Assembly: GCA_043228905.1 (NCBI GenBank)
Contig: JBHGNT010000020.1
Coordinates: 2,914,001 to 2,978,000 of the forward strand
Direction: 5' to 3'
DNA from: Azolla caroliniana
Taxonomy: Eukaryota > Plantae > Polypodiophyta
Length of the DNA stretch: 64,000 bases
The position numbers and the translations under genes were made by a program. Of this stretch, positions 24,487-38,674 are shown piece by piece. Within the stretch, counting starts at the first letter, position 1, and each line of letters starts with the position of its first letter. The notes below the pieces were generated by a model. The model made no database searches. It had not been told where the DNA came from and was given only the letters and a program-made list of their open reading frames with translations.

Positions 24487-27400
24487 ACAAGTCATGTACG
24501 AAAAAAAGTCCTCATCTTCAAAAAAATCTTGATCAAACACCTATTCAACATGAAGATGATAGAGACCGATCCGGCTACCTCCCACATCAACACCTTCAGT
24601 CGGGTGTTGTTAGAACTCTCCTCACAAGGGATCATCTTTGAAGAAGAAGTGAAAGCCCTTGCCCTCCTATCGAGCTTGCCGGTGAGTTGGGAGGTATTAT
24701 GCATGACATACGCCAATAGTCGACCGATCCTAAATCTGGATGAGATGATTGGCCAAGTCATCGCCGAGGACATTCAGCGAAAATCGATGGGACTCACCAT
24801 CGATGAATCAGTAGAAGCCCATCACTCGATTGAGTCATTTGAACGACAGAGTCGAATGAGAGAACAAGCCGACAGAACCGATCGAAACACCAACCAATCA
24901 AAGACAAGGGGAGACCGAAAGCGGTCGAAGTCGAGAATGGGCCGATCAGGTGAATTCTGCACACATTGCAAAAAAGTTGGCCACAATATTTCTGACTGTT
25001 GGTCAATCAAGAGGAAAGAGAGCAGTCGGCGATCCGAGCGAAATTGAGGACGACCCGACTCGAACCACTCTCTAGTCGGCAACCAAATCAACGTTGTCGA
25101 TACCTGATTAGGACAAATTCTCTCGTTAGAGGATTCAATGATCGGAGAAGTCCTATACAGTGCACAAGATGCACACACATGGTTACTGGATTCAGGTGCC
25201 ACATTCCACGTGACCCCTAATATTGAATGGTTTTCGAACTATTCAGCCAACTCCAACGGCACAGTCCGACTAGGCAACAGGTAGGAGTGTAGAATCGCAG
25301 GGACCGTAGAGGTTCCCATCCGGTTGTCAAATGGCAACACAATCACCCTGCACCGAGTTCGGCACGTACCTGATCTGAAAAGGAATCTGGTCTCCATCGG
25401 CATGTTAGTCGAAGACAGGTACCGAATGACTCTCCATGAGTCAACATGGATGATCAGCCAAGGAAACCTGAAGATAGGAGGTGGGCACAAGTACAATAAC
25501 TTGTACCAATTAATGGCGATCAATCTAGAAGGGGACGTGAACGTAGTCGAAAAGACCGACCCAAATCTATGGCATGGCAGACTTGGCCATATGTCTCAAG
25601 CCAGACTCGATCGGTTGATGGTTGTCAGCTACATTCCGAAACTCCAAGTGAAGATGGACTTCTGCGAGCACTGTTGATACGAGAATTAGACCTGAAGTCC
25701 GAACTCTCTCCACTATGAGATGGTACGACAATCCCTAGAACTCGTGCACACAGATATATGTGGGCCCATGACAGAGCGATCACAATGACACTCCTGATAT
25801 TTCATTACATTTGTAGATGATTGTACATAGAAGGTCTGGGCCTACTCGATCAGGTCCAAAGACGAAGCGCTCGAGGTCTTCACTCAGTGGACATCTGAAG
25901 TGGAGAATCGGTTAGGATACAGAGTGAAGACACTCTGATCCAACAACGGAGGAGAATATACCTCCAAAGCCTTCAAACAGTACCTGTCTGACAAAGAAAT
26001 CCGGCATCAAAAGACCGTTCCTTACACACCCATGTAGAATGGAGTGACAAAACGGATCAACCGAACGATCCAGGAGAGGGTGACGGCAATGCTCCAACAA
26101 GCTGGACTGAAGCTAGAGTTCTGCACTGAGGCATTGCAGACGACAGTATACTTAGTAAATTTATCACCGTCGAAAACAATCAAGCTTAAAGTGCCACAAG
26201 CACTATGGTCAAGCAAACAACCAACCTATGATAGGCTCCGTATATTTGGATGCAAAGCCCACGCGTTTATTCCCAGGGAGAAAAGGACCAAGTTAGCACC
26301 CTATGCGACAAAGTGCATATATCTTGGTTATGGAACCAATGGGGATTTTGGGTACAGGCTATGGAACCCTGAGAACTAGAAACTAATCCGGAGCAGTGAC
26401 GTAGTCTTCAATGAAGACTCCATCTTCTCTCAATGGAATTAGAAGAAAATAGTTAGTAGAAAAGTATCCTTCGAAGCTGACAGAGATGTCGTAGAAGGAC
26501 CGTTCCACCAAGCCGAATCAAAGATTTCACAAACAGTCGAACTAGACTAAGCAAACAACATACCCACCGACTTCGAATCGGTAGGAGGTCCACTCGTTGA
26601 ACTCGAAGACAAAGCTGATTCGACAAGAGTCGAACAAAGCAAAGTCAACAAGATGCGAGTTGGAAACAAAACCGAGTCGACAAAGTCCATAGGGGAGGAC
26701 AACATGACACCACCGAAATCCCAACTTGGGGGTGGGTCATCTAACAAGACACCTGATCAACTGGTTCAAAAAATGTTGATCGACCAATAAAGCCGATCGA
26801 AGGATCTGAACCACTCATTTCGGCACCCAGGGGATCTAGACGAGCTCGAAGGCCGATAGAGTTCTATCAACCGAGCCTCGACTATGTCAATTACACCAAT
26901 GCAGGCGCACCAAGCACATATGAAGAAGCTATGGCCGCACCAGACGCCAATACATGGCTACAAGCCATAAATGGACTTGATTCACAAGAATCAGACATGG
27001 GAGCTAGTCAAAGTACTACCTTGAAGAAAGATGCTACCTTGCAAATGGGTTTTCCGATGTAAGTATGTATCTTACTCAGAAAAACCTAAGTACAAAGCTC
27101 GTGCTCATCACAAAAGGATTCAAACAAGAATATGGATTCAACTACGACGAGATATTTTCACCAGTAGTCAAGATGACCACCCTCCAACTCCTACTAGGAG
27201 TTGTAGCAACAGAAGACCTAGAGCTCAAGCAAATCGACATCAGGACAACATTCCTACACGGAGATCTGGAAGAAGATATTTACATGTCTCAACCGGTAGG
27301 CTTCACGACAGCGGGGGAGGAAAGTCACCTTGTATGTCGATTGAGGAAAAGCCTCTATGGCTTGAAACAAGCGTTGAGGATGTGGTACCAGAAGTTCGAC

Positions 27401-29128
27401 TCCTACATCAAGCAGGATACCGCCGATCAGACTCTGACCCATGTATGTACATTCGGCAACTGGCTTACGAGTCTAGGATTTATCTGATCCTATATGTCGA
27501 CAACATGCTAATTGCAGGAAGAAATCAAGCTTCCGACGTCAATCTGACTATCGGACAGAGACTCTCCTTCAACAGACAAGGAGAAAGAGCTTAATGGAAA
27601 GATGCCCTACACATCGGCCATAGGAAGTATCATGTACGCAATGGTGGCGACCCGACCCAACCTAGCCTATGTCGTAGGGGTGGTGAACCGGTACATGTCA
27701 AATCCAGGACAGAGGCATTGGGAGGCTGTCAAGCACATCTTCAGGTACCTGAGAGGGAACAAAGATACACAGTTGACTTTCAATTTGACAACCTCAACTG
27801 AAGTCGAAGGCTACACTAACTCCGACTATGCCGGAAATACGGACCATCGAAAGTCAACATCAGGCTATATTTTCACCTATGGTGGCGGTGCAATATCATG
27901 GAGGTCGAAGCTTCAAGAGTGCATGGCCCTGTCGACCACAGAGGCCAAGTACATAGCAACACCGGAGGGAACGAAGGAAGCGATATGGATGCACCGTCTA
28001 TCTGCCAACTTCTCCGCTACAAGCCGAATCGACCGACCAACACCAACCATCTATTGCGACTCATAGAGCTCAATTCACCTCATTAACAATCCCGTCTATC
28101 ACGCAAATAAGAAGCACATTGAGGTGCGGTATCATCACATTCGGGAGCTCATAACCGAGAAGAAGCTCGAAGTCCGAAAGATCGATACTGAGGTGAACAT
28201 CGTTGATTGCCTAATGAAGCCACTCCCAGATCAATGCTTCGGAGCACTAAGGACAAAGATGGGACTACGATAAGTGACCGAGCAAAAGAAAGTTGAACAA
28301 GGAGCAGAAGGTAAGAGTCGACCGAATCAATCATGATAATGAGCCATGCTAGGCTCAACACGGACCTCACCTTTGCTGACTCGGCTATATGCCGACCGAC
28401 TTGTAACATAAATTTAGATTAATGTCGTAATCTAGGTTTACGGGGGAGACAACCCCAAACACATGTACATGTAGGAAAGAGTAGTCCTTTTATGGGGGAA
28501 TTTGTTGGCATAAAAGGCCGACTCCTTCCACTTTGTATCCTAGTGTGAACTCGTCCAAATAGTTACGGCTTAGTATATAAGCGATGACCTAACATTGTAA
28601 AAAGCGATGCTTGATCATTTTTGTATAGTGTCTTTGAGAGAGAGAGAGAACGTAACAACAACGCTTCCATTAAAGCTTAAATCGCATATATCTTGTGTCT
28701 ATTCTCTTGTCTTCCTTCTGTGTTGTTTGCCGAACACTACGACAAATCCTCACACATACGTTTCTGCGCATATTTGCCCCTCAAATATTTCACGAAGTTA
28801 GATCTTCGAGGTGCCTACAACCTTGTTCGAATTCGTCCTGGGGATGAATGGAAGACTGCTTTCCGCACTCGTTATGGCCATTTTGAGTATACAATGCTGC
28901 CATTTGGTCTCACGAATGCACCAACAATTTTCCAACATATGGCGAATGACATTTTTCGGGACTTCCTCGATATCTTCATCATAGTTTACCTTGATGATAT
29001 CTTGATCTACTCAAAAACTCAAGAGGAGCATGAGATACACGTTCGCCAAGAATTGTAGCGGTTGCGAGAGTATGGTCTCTATCAAAATTGGAGAAGTGTA
29101 GTTTCGCCTAGTGTCAAGTGGAATTTTT

Positions 29129-29289
29129 TGTGCGGAATAGAGCTTGGTCACAACCGAGTCTTAAACTCAATGGAAGAACAAACCAAAAATGGAGATTAAT
29201 ACACTTGCACAGTTAACAGAGAGGACATATGATGTTTACGTGGAAAACCCTAATAGGGAAAAACCACAGGAGCCCACAGACTCCAAACG
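29129..29289 (-). mobile_element. Truncated Tork-like LTR (U5 end) next to a deletion in the host gypsy RT
   Basis: TGTGCGGAATAGAGCTTGGTCACAACC matches the LTR end at 6620. The host pol resumes at FTSAPIL, skipping part of RT. Confidence 0.8.
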
Positions 29290-31089
29290 TTTACATCTGC
29301 ACCAATTTTAATGCATGTTGATCCAATGAGACGCTTTATACTTGAAGATGATGGATTTGACTTCGCACTCGGAAGTGTACTATCCCATATTAGCGATGAT
29401 GGCGAACTACACCCTGTGGCTTTTCACTCACGGAAATTTGAAGCTACAGAAATCAACTATGAGATTCACGACAAAGAGCTTCTTGCCATTGTGGATTCTT
29501 TTCAACAATCACAACATTTTTTGGAGGGTTCTTCTCAACAGATTATTGTCTACAATGATCACAAAAATCTAACATACTTCCAAAGTGTTCGAGTCTTGAA
29601 TTGTCGACAAGCTCGTTGGGCGTAGTTCTTAACTCGTTTTGATTTCGTAATTCTATATCACCCTAGGATGCAACAAGGAAAAGCAGATGCTTTATCTCGA
29701 CGTTCGTATATGGAACTTCAACCAGGAGAAGCCACATTTGAAAGTCAGAAGCAAATCCTCTTAGGTCTTGATCGTCTACGACTAATGGCATTGAATACTA
29801 TCAACACAGTGGGAGATTCTAGGCTTCTTGATTCCATTCAGGAGCATATTGTGACTGATGCATTCGCCCAAGAGATTTTGAACCATATTATCCCAGATCG
29901 TGCTTCCAGCTCCCAATATCAAAATCCTCGTCTAAACTACACCCAGTTTAGTTGGCATGATGGTTTACTTTTTCGACAAACTCTTGTGTATGTGCTGGAC
30001 GGTCTTTCTCGACTCCAAGTTGTGCAACAATTTCATGACACACCAATGGCTGGACATTTCGGCATCCACAAGAATTTTGAGTTGATTTCTCGCTAATATT
30101 GGTGACCACGACTTCGCCATTTTGTTACGGATTATGTTCGTGTTGCCGATCAAAAAAGCCTCGACATCATCCATATGGCTTATTACAACCAATGCCTATT
30201 CCTGAGAGCCCATGGAAATCTATTTCCTTAGACTTTATTACAGATCTTCCACTTTCCAAGTGTTTTGATTCTATTCTCACGATAGTAGATCGTTTTAAGA
30301 AGACGACGCATTTCCTTCCATGCACAAAGACCATTACTAGTCAAGAGACATCCAATTTACTCATGCAGGAGGTGTTTCGCCATCACGGTCTTCCAGATGA
30401 TATTATCAGTGATCGGGGTCCCCAATTCATCTCAAAATTTTGGCGGCACATGTTCAAAATCTTACATACTTCTTTTAGACTCTCTTCCGGCTACCATTCA
30501 GAGTATAATGGACAGAGTGAGCGCACCAACCAAACAGGTGAACAATATCTTCGTTGTTTTGTCAACTATCAACAAGATGATTGGGTTGATCTATTACATT
30601 TGGTGGAATTTGCTTACAACAACTCTGAACATTCTTCTATTGGATATTCCCCATTTTTTGCGAAGATTGGGTACCATCCTCGTTGGACAATGCTTGAACA
30701 TCCTGAACATCCGACAAACCCAGATGCTGAAGATTGGCTCACCCAACTCCAAGAAGTTCAGGATATACTTTTGCACCATTTATGTGATGCTCAAACCACT
30801 CACAAGAAGGTTGTTGACCGTCATCAGCGTGATTCATCGACTATGTTTCAAGTAGGCGATCGAGTATGGCTCTTACAAAGTAGCATTAAAACCACCCGAC
30901 CTTGCTACAAATTGGATTATCAACGTTTCAACCGATATGTGATCTCTGGTAAGATCAATGATGTGACATTTCGCCTTGATCTTCCTCATCATATGCATCT
31001 TCACCCGGTCTTCCGTGTTTCACTTTTGGAGCCCTAGCCACCAAGCTCTATTCTGGGTTGTCTTACACCCACCCCACCTCCAATCGAAG

Positions 31090-34000
31090 TGTTGAGAGAC
31101 AAGCTCAACATTGGGTGCGTAAACGGGTGCATAACCCATTATGTAGACTGGGTGTGTAAAATCGTATGCAAAATATGGTTGTGGCGGTGTTTAAACCGAG
31201 TGGCCGTTAGAACGTTATTCCTCGTAAGGAATAGTTTTGGGAGTTAGTGTCAGTACTTGTGCCAACCCAATAGTCGAGGCTTGTATAAAAGGTGCTCACT
31301 AAGCACGATATATGTACAAAGAACATACAGAGAATTATTTTTTAATATAGTTTGGTGTTTATGCTCTCTCTATCTCTCCCTCTCTTTCTCTGTGATTTCT
31401 GTGTTTTACCAAATTGCCATACTTCTGAACCGTGTACTCTATGTTCTTACGCGTACGCTTCCGCACACGTATTCTTTTACATGGTATCAGAGCGCGAGGG
31501 TTGAGACTCCTATGCAACCGACAGAAAAGCTTGCGATAAAGGAAAAGTTAAGTTATTGTTTTCGGAAAGGATAAGACGGCAATATGGACAGAGGAATGGG
31601 AAGCTCGCTACCGACTCAAAAGCTCGATAGGAGGAACTACGCATCTTGGTCGTACAAGATGCACCAGTACCTACTTGGTCATGGTTACTGGAGTTATGTC
31701 GAAGGAGCTAATGATACAATGCCTGAATCGACACACAGAGATTTTTCAGCTTGGGAACAAGCGACAAGCAAAGTTCTTTCCTACTTCGCGTCCTGTGTGA
31801 GCGACCAGCTCTTGAGCTACATTCAGGATGCTAAGACGCCAAAGGACGCATGGGTGAATCTCAAGAGGATTTTCGCCGCTAGCACAACGGCCAGGAAGCT
31901 GCAGCTCAAGCAGGAGCTCAACAATGTCCGACAAAAAGATCTGTCTATGGCCGATTAAATGGCCCAAATCAAGGAAATCTGCGACTCTCTCGCCTCCGTC
32001 AACGTGAATGTCGAGGACGACAAAATGGTGCAGGTGTGTCTTGGTGGGTTAGCGTCAAAGTTCAGAGTGTTCCGAACGGTGGTCTGCACAAGGGAGATTA
32101 CACCTTCGTTCTTCGAGCTTCAGTCGATGTTGCTCATAGAGGAAAATCACGCGGGTGCATCGACGAGTACGCACACTGACAGCAAGATGTTGTACACGAA
32201 GGAAGATAGGCCCCGTGGTCGTGGCGAATGAGGCAGATCTACGCACAATGGAGGCGGCCGAAACGAGCAGAACGTGGGCATAAATCAAAATGTCGGAAGC
32301 AATTCTGAACCCTTCGAAAGCAGGGTAAGTCATAGCGGCGCCAGAAGCCGGCAAGAGAAGGCCGTGACGGAATGTTGGTATTGTGGCAAGAAAGGCCACA
32401 GGGAGAACAAGTGTTGGAAGAAGAGAGCCGATTCGGACATAGCTGGATCGAGCGGAAGAGACGCAGGAAGGCGTCAGAAATCGCACTAAGCCGAAGCCTC
32501 CGAACAAGCCGGAAATGGATCGGGCCCGACCTTCGTAATGAAGCACAAGGCCAATTCAATGGCCGTGAACACCTCGAAATCGAGTGAGGTGTGGTATGTT
32601 GATTCCGGAGCGTCGAATCATATGACGAGTCAAGAGGAATGGTTCTCGTACTTGGAGAAACCGGAAAAACAAGGAATGGTCGAAACGGGAGATGACACTC
32701 CACATACCATCGAACATGTTAGAGAAGTTCCTCTCAGGCACGTCGGGCAAAAAGGGAAACTTATGAACGTGTTGCATGTCCCGACAATAACCAAGAACCT
32801 AGTGTCGGTCGAACAGATCGTCGACCAGGGGTTGCAAGTTCGATTCACACACCTCCGGTGCTACATTGAAGAGGAAGGCAAAGTTATTGCGTAGGGGCGC
32901 CGTGAAGGGATGATGTTTATCCTCGTCACCAATCAAGCCGGAACCGTGTTGTTCGCGAAAGGACAGAAGGTCGAACCGAATATCGACCTATGGCACAAGC
33001 AGTTCGGCTACGTTAACTTCCCACGGCTTCATGAAATGCAAACGAAGAATATTGTTTCCAGATTGCCTAAATTTTGGGGCCGTAATGGTCAAGTCTGCGA
33101 AGCCTCCCAGCTAGGGAAGCAACACCGACTTCCATTCCCCACAGAACGTAATCGTAGTCGAAATCCACTGGATTTAATCCATTCGGATGTGTGGGGGTTG
33201 GCACAGAACGTGAGTCTCGGTGGCAGCCGTTACTTTATAACCTTCATCGATGACTTCACTCGGCATACTTGGGCGTGCTTGATCGCAAAAAAGAGCGAAG
33301 TCTTCACGTGGTTCCTGAAGGTGAAAAACCTTGCGGAAAGGGAAACTGGGCGTAAGATCAAGTGCCTACGGTTCGATGGCGAGAAGGAGTACTTCTCCAA
33401 CCAATTCACAATTTATCTATAGAAGGAGGGAATTCGACGCGAATTCTCGTGTAGATATATGCCGGAGCAGAATGGCATAACCGAGCAGAAGAATTGGACA
33501 ATCGAAGAAGCCTTCAGGGCAATCCTTAAAGAGAAGCATATACCGAAGTTTTACTGGGTTGAAGTCGTAAGGACGGCTGTTTACTTGCAGAATCAAACCT
33601 CTGCTAATGGAGAAGTGTCGCCACGTGAGTTGTATTACGGTAAGAAGCCTAACTTGTAAGAAGCCGAACTTGGCACACTTGAGGATTTTCGGCAGCATCG
33701 CGTACGTACATGTGCCGAAGGAGAAACAGAGGAGGTTGGACGCCAAAGCCGAAAAGTGCATCTTAGTCGGCTATTCAGACGAACAAAAGGGGTATAAGTG
33801 TTATAACCCCCGAACGAAGGAAGTCCGCTTCGTGGTACTTGCCTTCACCTCCAGTACCTCATGACTCCATTCCAAACTCTGAAGAAGAGGTCAGCGAGGC
33901 CAAGCTGCCTCAGCGGGATGAGGAAATCGGAGCTCTAACAGAGAATCTGATCTCATTTCGGTTAAGTGGGCCGAATGAGGGGTTGGGCCGAGATGGTCAA

Positions 34001-36789
34001 CCAAATGAAGAGTCAGCGAGTAGTGGTGACTCGGCCGTGTTGTCCCCACGTAAAGAACCGAGGAGACGGTTTACACGTACAGAAAAAGGGAAGAAGAAAA
34101 TATCGGAATACGATTTTGGCAGTGTCGAGTCAAATTGGAGTGAATCTGATTTTGAGCCAATCAAGAAGGAACATCTGCGGAAGGGGTCGAAATCGACTAA
34201 AAAAGACATGAAATCGGGTAATCATGAGGTATGCCCATCTAACCACCTGAAGAACCCCGTAAAGAGGTACAGGTATAATGAGTACATGGCGCATCATTAT
34301 GTGTACATGACGCATGTGGCGGAAGTGCATGAGCCGGAGAGCTACGCAGAAGCAGAGAAAGACGCAAATTGACGTGCCGCGATGGAGGAAGAGATGTGCC
34401 TTAACGGACAATGAGACTTGGGACCTCGTTGACGTACAGAAGGGTGTAAAGCTGATCGGATGTAGATGGGTGTATAAGGTGAAATACAACACCGACGGCT
34501 CCGTCAACCGATATAAGGCTCGTTTGGTTGTGAAAGGCTACACGCAAAAGCGCGGCGTAAATTACGACGAGACCTTCGCACCAGTCGCAAAGATGACTAC
34601 CGTGCGAGTTCTACTAGTCGTAACTGCAGCGAAGGGGTGGCATCTACATCAGATGGATGTAAAGAATGCATTCCTACAAGGTGATCTTGAGGAACAGGTG
34701 CACATGGTACAACCCCCCGGATTTCTATCCGAACAGAACACTCAGCAGTCGGCCGATTAAAGAAGGTGTTATACGAACTTAAGCAAGCCCTGCGAGCTTG
34801 GAACGCGAAGATTATGCAATAGTTGCGTAAAATGGGGTTTACGACGTCCAAGTCAAACTCTTCATTATTTGTTCGGCAAGGTAAGCCTTTTACTTTATGT
34901 TGATGATTTAGTCATCGCTAGTGCCGACCTGGAAGAAATCGGCCTCGTTAAGTCTCAGCTCGCGGCATCTTTCGAAATGAAGGATCTTGGAGACCTTCAT
35001 TCCTTCCTCAGGATTGAAGTGATCCGTTCCCCCAAGGCCTATTGATCAGCCAACATCATTACGCGCTGAATATGCTCTTCGAGTTCGAGATGGCAGATTC
35101 TAAGCCCATCTCGACCCCTCTGGATAGAAACGTAAAGCTTCGCCGAGATTCAGGAAAGGCGTGCGACCCGACACGGTTTCGACAGATTGTCGGAAGCCTC
35201 ATCTACTTGACGATCACTCAGCCTGACCTCAACTATCTGGTCGGCCTGATCTTATGTCGTAGCCCACGACCAAACATCTTTAGTGCGCGCAAAGAATATT
35301 ACGGTATGTCAGCGCCACGAAAAACATGGCGTTGTTGTATCGTACAGGCGTAGCCAAACAATTAGTTGGCTACACAGATGCCGATTGGGTCAGGAATGCC
35401 CACGATCGTAGATCCACATCCGGATACGCATTCTCATTGGGAAGTGCGGCGATCGCCTGGAGCAGTAAGAAACAACCAACAATAGTGTTGTCGAGCACGA
35501 AGGCCGAATATCGAGGGGTGACTGTCATTACGTGCGAAGTCATCTGGCTGAAACGATTATTACTGGATCTGCATGTGGAAGTGTCTGATCCAACGATAAT
35601 CCATTGCGACAACCTCAACAGCATCCACCTTCCAAAGAACCATGTGTTCCACGCCTGGACCAAGCACATTGAGGTGCATTATTATTTTGTCCGCGAGCGT
35701 GTCCTTTCTAGTGAAGTCGAACTGGCGTATGTTCTGACGGGTCGGCAGATTGCCGACATCTTCACCAAGCCCCTTGTTCTCGACAAGTTACGGCATTTCT
35801 CGGGTGAGCTGGGTTTGCGTCACCTCGACACGCCAAACAGGAACAGGAGCGTGAAAGAAGCGGTAGTAACTGTGATGTTGAATCGGATGAAGAATTCAAT
35901 TTTGGGCCGGCTAAAGAAGCCAAAGAAGAAGAAAACAAGGTCTGTAATCACAAGGAAGCGTAAAAGACAACCGAACAAAGGGGAAATACAGCCAAGAAGG
36001 GCATAAAGGCCAAGACCAAGACGTGGTCTGATGTTGTCAAGGGCCTACAGATAGAAGAAGAATTGGAGACAGTCAATTCAGGCGAAAGTGGAATTGAATC
36101 GGAAGTGTCTGATTTAATTGAAATGTTCGATTCAAACATTATGAATTGACTGATGGCCAAGCGAAGGAAAGGGCAGCAAAAGAGGCGCCAACACCGTGAC
36201 AACAAGGGAGTTGAGAAGGGCCGCATGAGCAGACAAGCCGACCGGAAGGGTCGAAGCGAGCGGAATCGAACGAGTCGAGGAGCGCGAGCAAGGCGTGAAG
36301 CCAGAAGAGGCCGGAGCGAAGATATAGAAAAGCATATGGAACCTCAAGTTGAGCTTGAGGGGGAGTGTTGAGAGGCAAGCTCAACATTAGGTGCGTAAAC
36401 GGGTGCGTAACCCAGTACGTAGACTGGGTGCGTAAAACTGTACGCAAAATATGGCCATGGCGGTGTTTAAACTGAGGGGCCGTTAGAACGTTATTCCTCG
36501 TAAGGAATAGTTTTAGGAGTTAGTGTAGAAGGCTCATTTATGAGCAGTCAAGTATTGTCAATACTTGTGTCAGCCCAATAATCGGGGCTTGTATAAAAGG
36601 TGCTCACTAAGCACGAAATATGTACAGAAAACATTCAGAGAATTATTTTTTAATATAGTTTGGTGTTTCTACTCTCTCTATCTCTCCCTCTCTTTCTTTG
36701 TGATTTCTGTGTTTTACCGAATTGTCGTACTTCTGAACCGTGTACTCAGTGTTCTTACACATACGCTTCCACACACGTATTCTTTTACA
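31090..36789 (+). mobile_element. Full-length Ty1/copia (sister subfamily of family A), decayed, TSD CGAAG/CAAAG
   Basis: LTRs at 31090-31481 and 36366-36789. PBS at 31482-31493. PPT TTGAGGGGGAG before 36366. The TSD has one mismatch. Gag MDRGMGSSLP starts at 31584. Confidence 0.93.
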
Positions 36790-38455
36790 CAAAGTTTCCA
36801 ATGGCTTTGAATATGAGGTTGTTGCCATTCTGTTGTTGCTGGGGGATGGTCGAATGGTTTGGCACCTATCTTTCCTTTCTTTGGTCTATAATTCTTTATC
36901 TTTGCTTAATTAATTAGTTAGACTCTAACAATGTTCCTCATAGTCATAGCCATCAAATCTACTTCCCATCATTTCAGCTCTATCCATTGACCCAATTTCT
37001 CTCACTTTATTAATGATAATAATACTATTATTATTGCTATTTCTTTTATACTCACAATTATATTTCTTTTACATCACAATTAGTGGTATTCTTTTAACCC
37101 AACAGAAGATTCATATCAAACTACAAAGTATCTTGACTATTACCAAATCTATATAAATCAACCTTGTTCAGGTATTTAGGTTGTCTTATGGCAACCAAAG
37201 CGTCTTTCTCTTGTTCGTATGTTAACATTACAGATCACCATGCCATCCTTGGGGTACACACAATCATGTGAAACGTAATGTGTCAACTCAACTCAAAACA
37301 CTTGATACCATTCCCTCTAGTTCCTTCATGTGTCAAAGGTGTTTGCCACTCATAACATTCAATACCAATCCCTCTAGTTCCCTTCATATCAAAATTGTTC
37401 GCCACACTTTTAGTGATGCCTGATCAAATTAGAAAAACTCATGCTTGCCTCTACATATTCAGAGCAAATTGAAGAAAAACATTTGGATACTAGAATCAAT
37501 CATAATGTAGCAAGAGACATGTTTATGTATAAAAAAACTTAACCAACAACTCTATCAAATAAGAACAAAATCTAACCTATATACTATGAAACTCCTGTTT
37601 GTTTACATATTCATGATCTTAAAGATTATTACTCTGAAGTAACGATGCATATACCTTGTTTAAATAGATAGAAAGAAGATTTTATTTATGTGAAGACATA
37701 GTTCTCATTTTACAATGGCATACTCCAGCTACAAAAGCCTTGCATCCTGGCAAAAGTTTGACCTGCAAAAGTGAATACATTGAAGTCTCAAAAAACACCC
37801 TAGGCACCCAGATAGATATGTATAGGGAAGGCCCTTGAGAAGAAGAGATTGAGCTCATCTCATAGAAAGGCTATGGGATATTCAACCTCCCAGCTAGTGA
37901 ACACACAACACACTCTAAGTTGGGAGTGAGGTTACTGGGTCTTACAACGAAAACCCTTATTTGTATAGCATAATCGTCACTTTGGGCACTTGCCCTCAAG
38001 GTCCTAATATATTATTTGACACATAGGAGCTCTTTAAAAGGTCAAGGATAAGAAGACTCAATAAGGAGGTGTATGAATGAACCTGGGAATTGATCAAAAA
38101 CACCCCAATCATTTATCATTGAATTCTCAATAATAAGCCATAACACTAATCGCTTTTCCAAAATTCCCAAAATTCTATGCTTGCTACACTTACATTCACT
38201 CTTTACAACCTCTGTCTCGGTCCTTGGTTCTACAAGAAATATGGCCTTCATTTTGTATCAATGAGTGTTTGGTCACTCCAATTACTTATTATGGACTTTT
38301 GACATTAGGCCGGAGACAAAAGGCATCAATCTGGAATGTGCAGAGACATGGCAAATCCTAGTCAAAGAATGCCATCTGAGAAAATGTGTACAAAATAATA
38401 GAAAAGAAGATGGAAACATGCCTTTAATTACCTTATATTAGAATTCATGAAAAAA

Positions 38456-38674
38456 TCACGCCGTAAGGAAAAGCTCATAGATATGGCCTGTGTTATCGCT
38501 TCCTATTCGTTTTAACCCTTCAAAGCTTTTCCGGCTCCCCAGAAACTCATACCGTCTCATAGGCACATGCCCTAGACTTGAGGCTTCTTTACTCACATAT
38601 GCACCTCGTAATTTATCAGCATGCCGGGAATCGGTATATAGAGCCACTTCTACTTCTTCAGGTGTCATGCATTC
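38456..38674 (-). CDS. BRCT gene exon 10
   Basis: TATAG acceptor, ECMTPEE...TDSRHADKLR...FLGSRKSFE...LTA-stop. Confidence 0.9.
   Translation of the reverse strand, partial: ECMTPEEVEVALYTDSRHADKLRGAYVSKEASSLGHVPMRRYEFLGSRKSFEGLKRIGSDNTGHIYELFLTA

Larger units (their letters stand above)
23107..28783 (+). mobile_element. Full-length Tnt1/Tork-like Ty1/copia element, decayed, TSD AATAT
   Basis: LTRs at 23107-23390 and 28503-28783. PBS at 23393-23404. PPT ATGGGGGAA before 28503. AATAT at 23102-23106 and 28784-28788. Motifs KFDGKNFALWK, WLLDSGA, LYVDNML and KHIEVRYH. Confidence 0.93.
22390..36830 (+). mobile_element. Second Tcn1-like chromovirus pol relic, in pieces 22390-23106, 28789-31089 and 36790-36830
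   Basis: [23 protein letters not shown] rejoins across the copia insertion as [16 protein letters not shown]. Integrase ORF 30099-31037. The chromodomain start rejoins as PPPIE/VSNGFEYEVVAIL. No LTRs were found. Confidence 0.88.

Noticed and set aside
28438-28450. Second PPT-like tract (CGGGGGAG) about 60 bp upstream of the Tork-like 3' LTR
   Set aside because: It is seen in a single copy with no conservation evidence, and could be chance.
11011-36400. Stop codons at Gln/Arg/Trp positions as possible RNA-editing sites
   Set aside because: They are better explained by C-to-T decay of methylated nuclear transposon DNA. Plant U-to-C editing is organellar.
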